Source: a virus
Lineage: Duplodnaviria > Caudoviricetes
Virus record (IMG/VR): IMGVR_UViG_3300027607_000105
Location: 1-62,409 of that record
Reading direction: 5' to 3' (one strand)
Length of the DNA stretch: 62,409 bases
In this document: positions 7,793 to 17,126 of the stretch, in pieces
How positions within the stretch are numbered: position 1 is the first letter of the stretch
How the letters are laid out: each line of letters opens with the position of its first letter
Notes under the pieces: model-generated
Seen by the model: the letters and a program-made list of their open reading frames with translations, nothing else
Databases searched by the model: none
Told to the model about the DNA's origin: nothing
Program-made: the position numbers and the translations under genes

Positions 7793-8656
7793 TTATGCTG
7801 CCTCCAGTATTTCGTTTTCCAACGTGTTGAATTCCATCTTGCGCAAATAAGTCCGGAGTCGTGTCTCATCGATCGGTTTCAATTCAAGATCATCCATCGG
7901 CACCGGCAATTCCAGATCAGCTCTCAATGTCACAAGGTCACGGCTCATAATGACCTGGTCGTAATTGTCCTCTAGGGATTGGCGCCGGGCCTTTTGCGTG
8001 ATTTCGTGCGTTGAGAGCAGGAGATTGTCCAGGTCGCCAAACCGATTGATCAGATCCGCCGCGATCTTCTTTCCGATCCTTGGTGCGCCTGGAACGTTGT
8101 CTGATGTGTCGCCGGCCAAGGCTTGAAGATCGATCATTTGTGAGGGCTTCACGCCCCAGGTTCGAATGACTTGGTCGATGCCAATGTCCCGCTCGTTTTC
8201 GTCTGCGATAGGATCGTAAATGCTGACCCGATCCGAGACGAGCTGCATCAAGTCTTTATCAGACGAAATAATTGTCACGGCGCCGTGAAACTTGTTGGCA
8301 TAGGTCGCAATCAAGTCATCGGCTTCAAAACCGTCTTGCTTGATCCAGGTCACACCAAAAGCCTCAACGGCTTCATGGGCGACACCAAGTTGTGTGGTCA
8401 GGTCTTCTGGACGGGGAGGGCGGTGCGCCTTGTATTTGGGATAGATCTCGTGCCGGAATGTCGGGCCAGGCGCATCAAGCACAACGGCCATGTGTGTGGG
8501 GTCGCCTTCGGCCTGGGCTTTCTTGACCATTTGGTTGATCTGGTAACACAGGCCCCGTAAGGCCCCGACAGGAAAGCCGTCTTCACGCTCCAAAGGTGAT
8601 CCTGCGTAATAGAACCGGTATAGAAATCCGGAGCCATCAATTAAAGCTAAGCGCAT
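7793..8656 (-). CDS. Stand-alone 5'-3' exonuclease (PolA N-terminal/FEN family)
   Basis: LIDGS, TFRHEIYPKYKAHR, EADDLIAT, SSDKDLMQL, LAGDTSDNVPG. Confidence 0.93.
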   Translation of the reverse strand: MRLALIDGSGFLYRFYYAGSPLEREDGFPVGALRGLCYQINQMVKKAQAEGDPTHMAVVLDAPGPTFRHEIYPKYKAHRPPRPEDLTTQLGVAHEAVEAFGVTWIKQDGFEADDLIATYANKFHGAVTIISSDKDLMQLVSDRVSIYDPIADENERDIGIDQVIRTWGVKPSQMIDLQALAGDTSDNVPGAPRIGKKIAADLINRFGDLDNLLLSTHEITQKARRQSLEDNYDQVIMSRDLVTLRADLELPVPMDDLELKPIDETRLRTYLRKMEFNTLENEILEAA

Positions 8657-9074
8657 CACGGCCTCCTTCGATTTGAGTTAAGTGCCTCAGCCGGTCGTAA
8701 GCTGTTTCGGCAACCATCCGGACCGGGCTTGTCAAAGCAAAGGTCAGGGCCAAGAGCTGAATGTCATCGACATCACACTCGGACACAAACCATCTGACCT
8801 CCTGCTTTGTTCCGACGTAATGAACACAATCTGGTCCGCCGTGTTGGTGATGGAATTCGCACAGGGGCACCGCCCAAATATCATCATTCTTCGATCCCAT
8901 GCCGCGCGTTTTGAACGTGTAAGGTACATCGCGCAGATGGTGCGCTTCACATCCCAGGCGTCGGCAATTCGAGACCAAGCAACGCTGTGCCCTGACATGG
9001 TCTAAGTGATGCTCATGAAAGACCGGCTCTATCTTCTGGCGCAGTGTTTCGATATTTGGGGCGATGCGGCTCAC
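8637..9074 (-). CDS. DUF968-like Zn/His-Me protein
   Basis: CLVSNC...EAHHL...GMGSKNDDIWAVPLCEFHH. Confidence 0.75.
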   Translation of the reverse strand: MSRIAPNIETLRQKIEPVFHEHHLDHVRAQRCLVSNCRRLGCEAHHLRDVPYTFKTRGMGSKNDDIWAVPLCEFHHQHGGPDCVHYVGTKQEVRWFVSECDVDDIQLLALTFALTSPVRMVAETAYDRLRHLTQIEGGRDALSFN

Positions 9075-10255
9075 TGTTTGCTGAGCTCCTGCTGACGCTC
9101 TTTTGCGGCCTTATGGAGCTCTTGCCTTAAATCTTTCGGAAGTTTGTTCAAGCTGCCCTGGCGCTGCTGCCATAGAGCATTGACATCGCCAGGATTCTCA
9201 CAGGCGGCCAGGGCCTCTTTGATCTCGGTGACCGCCGCCTCATTTTCCAGATCCTCTTCCGTGTCTTCTAACGGCTCAAGGTCCTGAACATCTTCTTCAG
9301 CCGCCTGATCTTCTGTCTTTTCAGCCTCTGGCTCGGCCTTCGTTTCTTCCTGAGCGTCTTGCTTGCTTGCCTTGGTGGCTTTTTTCTCCTCGGGCTCAGT
9401 GGTTTTGGTTTGCGACTGACCTGCTTTATCTTGGGCCTCAAACTGATCAATTGTCGGCTCATCACCTGGCGCGATTGGGGGATAAGTTTCATCCGCCGTT
9501 GCCATGCCGTCATTGATTGAATGAAGCTCAGCAACGAGGCGGGCGATGTCCTTGGCAAGCCATTGGTCAGAAGACTTGCCAACAACTCGCTCAACCCGCC
9601 TCACGTCGAACTTAATTTCTTTGAGCCGGTCCAGGATCTTTTCGCGCCACCCATCAAGGTCCTTACCAACCTTTGCAACAATTTGCTGCTTTGCCTCTTG
9701 CATGGCGAAATCGGCGTGGGTTTCTAGGGCGTTAACGATGACGTTTCGGATCGCCTTTGATTGCCCGATCTGAAAAACAATATCGAGCTCCCGGTCCTTA
9801 TCCATTTTCTTGGATGTAGACTGGTTCTTTCTTTGCTGAAAGGCGCGCTCCAGGCTGTAGCCGGTTTCGACATCAACAAAGCGCGCATAGAATAGCCAGT
9901 GGTCAGGTTGATCGAATGCCCGGACGTTGACCTGGCAATTGCCATATTCGCGGGCCAGATTGTTGGCAAGCTTAATGGAGGGGCCTTCAACCCAACCAGT
10001 TGACCCGTTTTTGTTTTTGGTCGGCCATCGGTAGTACCAGGACTCACCGGCTGCTGCTGCAAGCACCTTTAGCTTCTGGAATATCTTGGAGTGATCGCGC
10101 TCAACGGCGACCTTCTGTGCCGTGATGATTGCGCCCTGCGCCGTTATGTTTGTGCCGCCGACCGTCATCAGCTCGCCTTTACTGGCGTCCTGATCGGCCA
10201 TGGCACTGATCATGGCCTCTGAGTCCACAACCGTTTCTGAAAATCCGTTATCCAT
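9071..10255 (-). CDS. Phage protein, possibly recombination/ssDNA annealing
   Basis: 394 aa; VEGPSIKLANNLAREYGN motif, acidic linker; position in the recombination module. Confidence 0.6.
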   Translation of the reverse strand: MDNGFSETVVDSEAMISAMADQDASKGELMTVGGTNITAQGAIITAQKVAVERDHSKIFQKLKVLAAAAGESWYYRWPTKNKNGSTGWVEGPSIKLANNLAREYGNCQVNVRAFDQPDHWLFYARFVDVETGYSLERAFQQRKNQSTSKKMDKDRELDIVFQIGQSKAIRNVIVNALETHADFAMQEAKQQIVAKVGKDLDGWREKILDRLKEIKFDVRRVERVVGKSSDQWLAKDIARLVAELHSINDGMATADETYPPIAPGDEPTIDQFEAQDKAGQSQTKTTEPEEKKATKASKQDAQEETKAEPEAEKTEDQAAEEDVQDLEPLEDTEEDLENEAAVTEIKEALAACENPGDVNALWQQRQGSLNKLPKDLRQELHKAAKERQQELSKQ

Positions 10256-10989
10256 CAGCTTACCCTCGCTGTTGATTTCTCTTCGATCTTGGCGCCGGTC
10301 AGATTTTTATTGCCGGCTTTCACAAATGCATTCACCGCTTTGTCGAGTGCATCGCGTGAGATAAAGGGCCTCAATGTTTCGAGGTCTAATTTGTCGTAAT
10401 CCGTCACCTCACCGACCCAGCGGGTTTGAAGAGTCGAAACTGATCCCATTTCGCCGCGTGTCCGAGCGTGTTCTGCTGGTTTCGCTTTGGCCGCTTTCTC
10501 GTGAGTGTCGGCCTCGGCTTCGCGCTGAAACGATTCTTCAAACTCATCAACAGTTTGGGCTCTTGCGCGCGCTGCCTCTTCGGCTTTGCGGATTCGCTCG
10601 GCCTCTTCTTGTTGCCGCTTCTTTTCCTCATCGGCTTTCTTTTTGAGAGCCTTATCTAGCCGTGTCTGAACCGTCTTTTTTGCCTGTGCCAACTCGGTCT
10701 TGATCGCGTTAAACCAAGCATCTACGGCCTTGCCGCCGGAGAGATATGGCTCTTTTTCGGACACACGGAAAGTTTCGGCTTTCTTAGTGCAAGCCTGGAG
10801 CTGCCGCACAAAGTCCCCCGCTTTGCCTACGGCGTCGTCAGTGTCCAGATCTTCCGGCACTCGATCCAACGCTTCTGTGAGCTGGTCTTTCCGCTCAACC
10901 AGTTCGGCATATTGTTCGCTCAGCCTGTCACCGATTGGATTGGCGTCGAATGGTGGCTCGTTGTGGCCCATTCCTGCTTGCACGTTCAT
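10255..10989 (-). CDS. Coiled-coil phage protein (GHNxPP N-terminus)
   Basis: MGHNEPP start, long coiled coil. Confidence 0.7.
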   Translation of the reverse strand: MNVQAGMGHNEPPFDANPIGDRLSEQYAELVERKDQLTEALDRVPEDLDTDDAVGKAGDFVRQLQACTKKAETFRVSEKEPYLSGGKAVDAWFNAIKTELAQAKKTVQTRLDKALKKKADEEKKRQQEEAERIRKAEEAARARAQTVDEFEESFQREAEADTHEKAAKAKPAEHARTRGEMGSVSTLQTRWVGEVTDYDKLDLETLRPFISRDALDKAVNAFVKAGNKNLTGAKIEEKSTARVS

Positions 10990-11000
10990 TTTTGCTCCCC

Positions 11001-11375
11001 TCAAAAAGGTGGTTTGGCCGCATCTAAATCAATCGGCATGTGTGGGTTCGCGGCGGGGTGATCTTGTGAGTGGACCTGTGCCCATGCCCCCTTGGCTTTC
11101 ATGTATTGGTATTTCTCAAATGAGATCGGCCGCTTCGCCAAATAGGGCCAATGTCTCGAAACGTCCTGAAGGTCATTGCCGATCCGGCAATAGACGCTTT
11201 GCTGGCCTTCGTACTCATCAACCCAAATCACAGCGGGAACCAAAGGCCCGTTCTTGACCAGCTTGGTTTCGTACCAACCACACTGAGGCTTGCTTTCGTG
11301 AACAGCCGGATTCTTTCCGGCCATGGCTTCACGGTGCCAAGCGTAATCCTGCTCTATGGTAGAGGTGCGGGTCAT
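11001..11375 (-). CDS. Conserved phage hypothetical protein
   Basis: PQCGWY.TKLVKNGPLVPAVIW...WPY. Confidence 0.7.
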   Translation of the reverse strand: MTRTSTIEQDYAWHREAMAGKNPAVHESKPQCGWYETKLVKNGPLVPAVIWVDEYEGQQSVYCRIGNDLQDVSRHWPYLAKRPISFEKYQYMKAKGAWAQVHSQDHPAANPHMPIDLDAAKPPF

Positions 11376-11578
11376 CGGTCCGTAAACCTCCCGCGCTTGA
11401 ACTTTTGACCACGTGCGCCTGTAGCGCTGATCGCCTCGCATTCAGTTTGGAACGGGCCAAATAAAAAATATTCGTGGGATCGCCCTGATCCTGTTTCCAC
11501 GATCCGCTTAAACCAACCGCGCGGCAGAATCACATCGGCCTTGGTGACTTCAAAAATATAGGTGACGGGCCCCTTCAT
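11372..11578 (-). CDS. Hypothetical protein
   Basis: 68 aa, ATGA-coupled to the next gene. Confidence 0.45.
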   Translation of the reverse strand: MKGPVTYIFEVTKADVILPRGWFKRIVETGSGRSHEYFLFGPFQTECEAISATGARGQKFKRGRFTDR

Positions 11579-11648
11579 ACCGGCACCACCATCATGAGAA
11601 GATAGGCAGCGATTAACGCGCCAAAGAAATGGGAAAAGATCGCAGCCA

Positions 11649-11900
11649 TTATCCGACCCCCAGTTGAGCCGCACACAGACCATGCTCTTGGAAGTCGGTC
11701 TTTTGACCTTTGCCTTCTAATTCGTCGGCGGTGTCATCCAGGACCGTTGAGAGATCAACCATGGCGTCCGAAAGCAGATCTTGAATGCTGGGTTCCTCGG
11801 TCCCGCCTTGTCTTTCCACTTCAGCGTCATAGGCCTTGGCGGTCTCTAAAAGAGCATTGAATTGGGCTTTGATCTGGTTTTCTAAAGACTGAATGGTCAT
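11649..11900 (-). CDS. First gene of the pL operon, hypothetical
   Basis: GGAG RBS immediately after the pL promoter. Confidence 0.65.
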   Translation of the reverse strand: MTIQSLENQIKAQFNALLETAKAYDAEVERQGGTEEPSIQDLLSDAMVDLSTVLDDTADELEGKGQKTDFQEHGLCAAQLGVG

Positions 11901-11925
11901 CGCTGGGCTCCGATCTGATGATTGG

Positions 11926-11977
11926 AGAATATGCGGATCGGCATTTAGCGTCAAGCATAAAAAATGCGGATTGGCAT
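11926..11977 (-). promoter_or_regulatory. pL promoter with two operators (OL)
   Basis: TTGACG-17 nt-TATTCT on the minus strand; ATGCGGATCGGCAT (11931-11944) and ATGCGGATTGGCAT (11964-11977). Confidence 0.8.
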
Positions 11978-12369
11978 TTATTTCTGTCCACGACCTCGCG
12001 TGAACCGAATCACACCGGTTTCTTGCCAAATTGTAGGCGTGCAGCTACGGTCCCGGGGGTTGTATGGAAAAGGGGTGCCCAAATGCTGATAAGATTGATT
12101 TGGATTGCTGTACTCTTGGCGCCGGTCAAGCAGAAGATTGGCCGAGGTACTCTAGAGGGTATTATTCGGACCCAGGTTAACCCTATTTCTGCAATTTCCA
12201 GATAAGCCTTTGAGTTACTGGGCAATTTCACAACTATTTCAGATTGTGCCGCGTTCGTGACCCCTTGCCGTATTGACGATTCCTTAGTTTTAGCCACATA
12301 TGAATGAACCAAACAAAATGTTGGTGGGCATTTTATTGCGCCTGATTTGGCGCTAATTGGAGTGTAAAC

Positions 12370-12648
12370 ATGCACAGTGTGAAAAGGATTCGGATTGAAA
12401 TTTTAAAGCACAGAGACACAGATCTATGGCTTGCAATATCCGATGATCTGCCGGGTCTGGTGGTGCACGGGCAATCACATGGAGAGCTGGAAGATCGCAT
12501 TGAACCTGCGATTCTCGCGTTGTTTGAGGCTGACGGTTACAAAGTCTTGGATATTGAGACCGAAAAACGAAATCTCGATTTACCAGAGGGCTTTGAGATG
12601 CCGGAGGCTTACATTGCGAGTGCTTCTCTCAAAGCAATGGCTGCTTGA
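12370..12648 (+). CDS. HicB-like/DUF1902 antitoxin-fold protein
   Basis: WLAISDDLPGLVVHGQSHGELEDRIEPAI partial RNase H-like HicB motif. Confidence 0.7.
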   Translation: MHSVKRIRIEILKHRDTDLWLAISDDLPGLVVHGQSHGELEDRIEPAILALFEADGYKVLDIETEKRNLDLPEGFEMPEAYIASASLKAMAA

Positions 12649-12842
12649 CCTTAACTTCTGCGCAATACAAGGCTGAAATTAAGAAAATGGGCCTTACACC
12701 GGCTAAGCCGTCCTATGATGGAGCAACGATCCACAGGACGGCGGCCGGAGATCATGTCTCCGTCCCTGACCCAGACACGCTGGAGCCCGAACAGCGGCCA
12801 ATTGCTATTGCCGTGATCAAGAGTAGATTGATGCTATTCTAG
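12645..12842 (+). CDS. Small protein, divergent HicA-like
   Basis: Overlaps the HicB-like stop; IKKMGL...GATIHR...VSVP pattern. Confidence 0.45.
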   Translation: MTLTSAQYKAEIKKMGLTPAKPSYDGATIHRTAAGDHVSVPDPDTLEPEQRPIAIAVIKSRLMLF

Positions 12843-12910
12843 TCCCCAAGATATTCTTGATCTTGGTGATCGCAAACGCTCAGACCAGAACAAGTCTATA
12901 TAGGCCTGCA

Positions 12911-13007
12911 TCACCCGATTGGGTGAAAAGCACAGCTTTCTGTCAGTATTTGAGACCTTTGCAACCAAACCTCACTACACAACTTTTCTTATCACCCATT
13001 TGGGTGA
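12911..13007. repeat. Two copies of the palindrome TCACCC-N4-GGGTGA
   Basis: 12911-12926 and 12992-13007, each preceded by A and followed by AAA. Confidence 0.7.
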
Positions 13008-13339
13008 AAACGCCAGAAATGGTGTAGTTTCATGTCAGTGTTTTGTTAATTATGTTTGACATGCAACTGAGGGGATACTTAAATCAAAAAATATTGGGGC
13101 CGGCATTACCAGTGCCGGTCTTCAGGAGGACTAGACCCTCCCTATCGCCGTGGCTCCGAAGAGCCATTTAACACGACGCCCAACGCCGCACCGCGCGGAT
13201 CTCAAAACGGGTGTCTGCGGAGGGTCTATGAAAACGCACTCTCGATATTGCATTCATGGTGAAAGTTCTTCACCCATTGCCCCTGATGGTCAACGCACTG
13301 AAAGTATTGATGACTCTCTGTTCACAGCCAAAAGTTTGA

Positions 13340-13846
13340 GTGAGTTTGGAGGCCAGTGAAGCTATGAGTGGAATAGAGGCTTATCCCCTGATCCCGGATG
13401 GGGAGACACCGTTCGAACCGGATTTCATACAGAGACTGATGTTTTTTTGTCTCGAAGGGCTCGATCTGCCCAGCGTCGAGTATTGGCCGTCAGATCAGGC
13501 GACAGATGACCCAGAAAAAGCAAAGAGAATGAAAGCGTTAGGCAGCTTCCGATTGCCATTGTCCACGTTTTGCATTTGCTGCGGGCGGTCGTATCTCTTC
13601 ACATTCAAAACCTGGCCGGATATGAGCTTGGCCGAATGCGAGGGGATCAGCAGACTGGAAAGGTCTGGCGCCCGTGTTTTGGATTGCAGCAATTTGTCGC
13701 GCCTAGAAAGAGCCTTCGCTGAAATCACGAGGATTGTGGACGCGTGTAGTGCCTGTGCTCCACCATCGGCCCAACAATTCGTCCGGGGAACCGAGAGTCC
13801 ATGGCCAAATCTGGGTGCACTGGATTCAGAGATTCCAAAGAAATGA
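13340..13846 (+). CDS. Hypothetical protein convergent with and overlapping cI
   Basis: 168-aa ORF only; no recognisable motif. Confidence 0.35.
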   Translation: MSLEASEAMSGIEAYPLIPDGETPFEPDFIQRLMFFCLEGLDLPSVEYWPSDQATDDPEKAKRMKALGSFRLPLSTFCICCGRSYLFTFKTWPDMSLAECEGISRLERSGARVLDCSNLSRLERAFAEITRIVDACSACAPPSAQQFVRGTESPWPNLGALDSEIPKK

Positions 13847-14582
13847 TGGGCTCGCCTTGATCGTCAAAGCCCTTGTGGACGAACTTCTTGAAGGTGGCTG
13901 TTTCATCGTTTTCCCTCTTGGCAACAACGAAATCTCCAGGTTGAGCTTCGATTTCCGGATCAATGATGATGACGTCGCCTTCTAAAAACTGAGGCTCCAT
14001 GCTCCGGCCCTGAATTTCCAGTGCAAAAGACCGGACCCCGTGATTCCGTTCAGTATATATGTATCTTTCCCCTTCGCCGGCAGGGTAGGCGTCATTTACA
14101 TCACCCCATGCTCCTGCCGCGATGTAATCAATCACGGGAATGCTGAGGCCGGATTCCCGTGCGGACTGGTCCGGCTCGCCGCGGCCCGTCAAAATCCAAT
14201 GGGCGCTGACTTCAAGGGCATCAGCGAGTTTTGTTAGTTTATCCCGGGGGATAGGGAAACCCGATTCCCAGTCGTCTATTGTCTGCTCTAGTGTGTCCAG
14301 CTGGCCCGCCAAGCCGGCAGCGGTCAGTCCGGCCGTCTCTCTTGCATACTTTATCCTATTCCCAAGCTTCGCGTCTGCCTCGGTAGCCGCTGATTGGGAA
14401 AATCGCGAAATGGGCAACCCAGTCAGTTCAGCAAGCTTCTCGGCAGAACGAAAGTCTACAGCGAGCTTTCCGCGCTCCCATTTGGAAACAGTACCCTGGT
14501 CCCTACCTACAATCTTGCCGAGCTCATCCTGGTTGAGCCCCAGATCCTTGCGGATGGACTTTATCAATTCCGGTAACCCCAT
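13725..14582 (-). CDS. cI: CI-like repressor: two tandem XRE HTH domains plus S24 peptidase
   Basis: HTH1 LNQDELGKIVGRDQGTVSKWERG; HTH2 LTAAGLAGQLDTLEQTIDDWESG; cleavage site IAAG; GRSMEP (Ser); ATFKK (Lys); probable leaderless start at 14582. Confidence 0.9.
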   Translation of the reverse strand: MGLPELIKSIRKDLGLNQDELGKIVGRDQGTVSKWERGKLAVDFRSAEKLAELTGLPISRFSQSAATEADAKLGNRIKYARETAGLTAAGLAGQLDTLEQTIDDWESGFPIPRDKLTKLADALEVSAHWILTGRGEPDQSARESGLSIPVIDYIAAGAWGDVNDAYPAGEGERYIYTERNHGVRSFALEIQGRSMEPQFLEGDVIIIDPEIEAQPGDFVVAKRENDETATFKKFVHKGFDDQGEPIISLESLNPVHPDLAMDSRFPGRIVGPMVEHRHYTRPQSS

Positions 14583-14587
14583 GAGGC

Positions 14588-14669
14588 GCATAATATGCCT
14601 TTTGGATTATGGGCCAAGTGATTTCGAATTTATGCTTGACGAGAATGCGGATCGGCATATTATGCCGCT
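14588..14669. promoter_or_regulatory. Divergent pRM/pR promoters with OR operator
   Basis: pR TTGACG(14636)-16 nt-TATTAT(14658), 6 nt before the cro ATG; minus-strand TTGGCC-16 nt-TATTAT, 7 nt before the cI ATG; operator ATGCGGATCGGCAT 14645-14658 identical to OL. Confidence 0.8.
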
Positions 14670-14900
14670 ATGTCAGAAATTCAGCATATTCGGAAAAACC
14701 TGTTCGCAATGAGCCAGTCGGGCTTCGGCGCGATTGCTGGCGTTGATCAAGGCACAATCTCTAAGTGGGAGAGGGGCGTCTTGGTTCCGAGCCAGGACGA
14801 ACTCCGCCGCATCCGCCAATACGCTTTAGACAACAACATTCCATGGGAAGATTCCTGGTTCTTTGAAGTGCCTGCTCAAGAAGAGGAGCGGGTGTCTTGA
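14670..14900 (+). CDS. cro: Cro-like HTH repressor
   Basis: MSQSGFGAIAGVDQGTISKWERG HTH, divergent from cI. Confidence 0.85.
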   Translation: MSEIQHIRKNLFAMSQSGFGAIAGVDQGTISKWERGVLVPSQDELRRIRQYALDNNIPWEDSWFFEVPAQEEERVS

Positions 14901-15526
14901 CCACCAATTTAGAAATCCCTGGAGAGTTCACGACAACAGGTTTGAAGATCCGGGACGGATTAAGCCGTGATGAGTGGCTGAAGGGGTGGGCTCAGCTCAA
15001 GAAAGTATCAGGTGTTGTGCAGTGGGCCATGGGTGACTGGCTGGCTTATGGCGAGAGGAATTACGGCGAAGAGATTGCCCAGGCTCTCGATGATGATGAC
15101 TATGATTATAAAACCCTGACCAATTGGAAATATGTTGCGGGAAAGGTCGATACTTCCCGACGTCGGGAAAGCGTCTCGTTCAGTAAACATGCAGAAGTGG
15201 CACCACTTGATCCCGAAGATCAGGACAGAGTTTTAGAAAAAGCGGAAAAAGAAAATCTGACCGTTCGTCAGGTCAGAGACGAAGTCAAAGCGATCCGCGG
15301 CACAAAAACTGACGATCCCAATAAGTCCATTCGTGACTCCATTGATTTAATCAACAAAGAAGTGGCCAAGCTTCCCGCTCCCGAAACGGCGGCATTGGCT
15401 TGTCTTGATATGCGCGGGTTCGATTACACCTCGGCGCACCTTCTTTCCCTTTGGTTCACAAAGTTTTCGCTGGAACTAAACAAAGCCAGCAAGCGTGAAG
15501 AGTCCAATATCAGGCTCGTGAAGTAA
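14897..15526 (+). CDS. LmbU-like DNA-binding protein
   Basis: WAMGDWLAYGE...YKTLTNWKYVA...SRRRESVSFSKHAEVA...QDRVLEKAE. Confidence 0.7.
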   Translation: MTTNLEIPGEFTTTGLKIRDGLSRDEWLKGWAQLKKVSGVVQWAMGDWLAYGERNYGEEIAQALDDDDYDYKTLTNWKYVAGKVDTSRRRESVSFSKHAEVAPLDPEDQDRVLEKAEKENLTVRQVRDEVKAIRGTKTDDPNKSIRDSIDLINKEVAKLPAPETAALACLDMRGFDYTSAHLLSLWFTKFSLELNKASKREESNIRLVK

Positions 15527-15717
15527 GAGGCGTACTGGATTGGCTGCGGTGGCCGGTTCAGATCAATTTTCACCGACAGAATTGAATTACGGGTCGTTCC
15601 CCCTCAAGGCGGCCCGTTAAGGGAGCGGCCCCGGGCCTGTGTGAACGGTAACCCCACCTTCCCAACGCACAAACAGGGGTCACTTTTTATGGTTAACGCC
15701 AGAGGAGGCAACAAGAT

Positions 15718-16104
15718 ATGGCCGATAAGATTAAGGACGCTAAGATTGGAGACAATCTTCCTAAAGCTGAAGACATCAACAAATACGTGGATGAACTTGT
15801 CGATATAGAGCGGGCGATGGACACGATCCGTGAAGACAATATGCGTCGTGTCAAAGATGAACTCGCGCCGCACAAGGAAGATGCAAAGGAACTGAAGAAA
15901 GTCGCTAAGTCGAAACTAGGTTGTTCCGTCAGTGTCCTGAATCAGATGGTGAAAGAGAAAAGGGCGGTGGAAAAAGCTCTTGCCGGGCGGAACAATCTGG
16001 ATGATGACGACCACGACACGTTCCAGGCTTTCCTTGATCAGCTCGGGGTCTTGAAAGACACGCCACTTGGCGTCGCCGCGATTGAATCGAAAGCAGCGGC
16101 TTAA
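15718..16104 (+). CDS. GapR/DUF2312-like nucleoid-associated protein
   Basis: IGDN...YVDELVDIE...EDAKELKKVAKSKLG...LNQMVKEK...FLDQLG. Confidence 0.55.
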   Translation: MADKIKDAKIGDNLPKAEDINKYVDELVDIERAMDTIREDNMRRVKDELAPHKEDAKELKKVAKSKLGCSVSVLNQMVKEKRAVEKALAGRNNLDDDDHDTFQAFLDQLGVLKDTPLGVAAIESKAAA

Positions 16105-16107
16105 TTC

Positions 16108-16623
16108 ATGCTGAACGTGCTCGCATTGGACACTTCAAAATCCGGAACCGGATGGGCGCATGGCCGTCCATTCGATGTTCCTGTGTCGGGCACAGTTTCA
16201 TTTTCAAGGGCCGGCAAGAGTATTGGTTACGCCATGTGCCGCATGGGAGACTTTCTTTCCGAAAAGATCACGGAATGTAAACCGGATCTGGTCGCGTTCG
16301 AGAGCCCGCTGACTGCGGGCAAAGGCAATGCACCGACGCGGCGCTTGCTGATCTGTTTGGCTGGCGAGGTTGAACGATACTGCGACCCCAACAAGATCCG
16401 CTGTGTTGAGGCGGAGGTTTCAACGATTCGAAAACATTTCTGCGGCCACGGTCGCGCGAAGAAACCACAAGTGATGTCCAGGTGTGATGAGCTCGGCTGG
16501 GCGTATGTCGACGACAACGCTGCTGATGCTCTGGCGCTCTGGGATTACGCAATTTTTCAAGCACACCCAACACTTGGTGCCGAGCTCACGATGCGCCGCA
16601 TGGCAGATCGGAGGGCGGCATGA
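16108..16623 (+). CDS. RuvC-like Holliday junction resolvase
   Basis: VLALDTS..GTGWA, AFESP, DDNAADALALW. Confidence 0.8.
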   Translation: MLNVLALDTSKSGTGWAHGRPFDVPVSGTVSFSRAGKSIGYAMCRMGDFLSEKITECKPDLVAFESPLTAGKGNAPTRRLLICLAGEVERYCDPNKIRCVEAEVSTIRKHFCGHGRAKKPQVMSRCDELGWAYVDDNAADALALWDYAIFQAHPTLGAELTMRRMADRRAA

Positions 16624-17126
16624 CCCTCAATTTCGATACCAAACGGATGGCACTGACCCTTTGGTTGACAGGCCAATCCGCGGCAAAGGTCGCGCATAAA
16701 CTTGGTGTCACGGCCAACCAAGTCAACACGGCTCTAAAGCAAATGGGGTTCCAGCCCAAGACCCGGTGGACATCTCTATCAGAGCAATGCGCGTCGGTCA
16801 TTCAGGGTTGGTCTAGTCAAGAAATCCACGCCCTGATCACTCTTACTCACAAAGGGTTTCTACCCAAAGACATGGGTCGTCTCTTGGGTCGCTCCGAGAG
16901 CGAGATCGTGAAGACACTTTGCAAGGTTGAGAAGCTGATTGAGGCCATTGCAGCACACAAAAGCCAGCAGGGGTGCAGGTATCGGCTGGGCGGTCTCGGA
17001 AAGACTGAGAAGTTCTGTAGAGCAAAGCGCATTGGTGACACGCCCTTTTGCGAGGAGCACTACAAATTCCTATTGGCTGAAAGTGTCGCCGATCTCCCGA
17101 CCAAGGTTGCGAGGTCGTGGCGATGA
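16620..17126 (+). CDS. GcrA-like cell-cycle regulator
   Basis: N-terminal LWLTGQSAAKVAHKLGVTANQV; C-terminal CRYRLG...FC...PFCEEH. Confidence 0.65.
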   Translation: MTLNFDTKRMALTLWLTGQSAAKVAHKLGVTANQVNTALKQMGFQPKTRWTSLSEQCASVIQGWSSQEIHALITLTHKGFLPKDMGRLLGRSESEIVKTLCKVEKLIEAIAAHKSQQGCRYRLGGLGKTEKFCRAKRIGDTPFCEEHYKFLLAESVADLPTKVARSWR

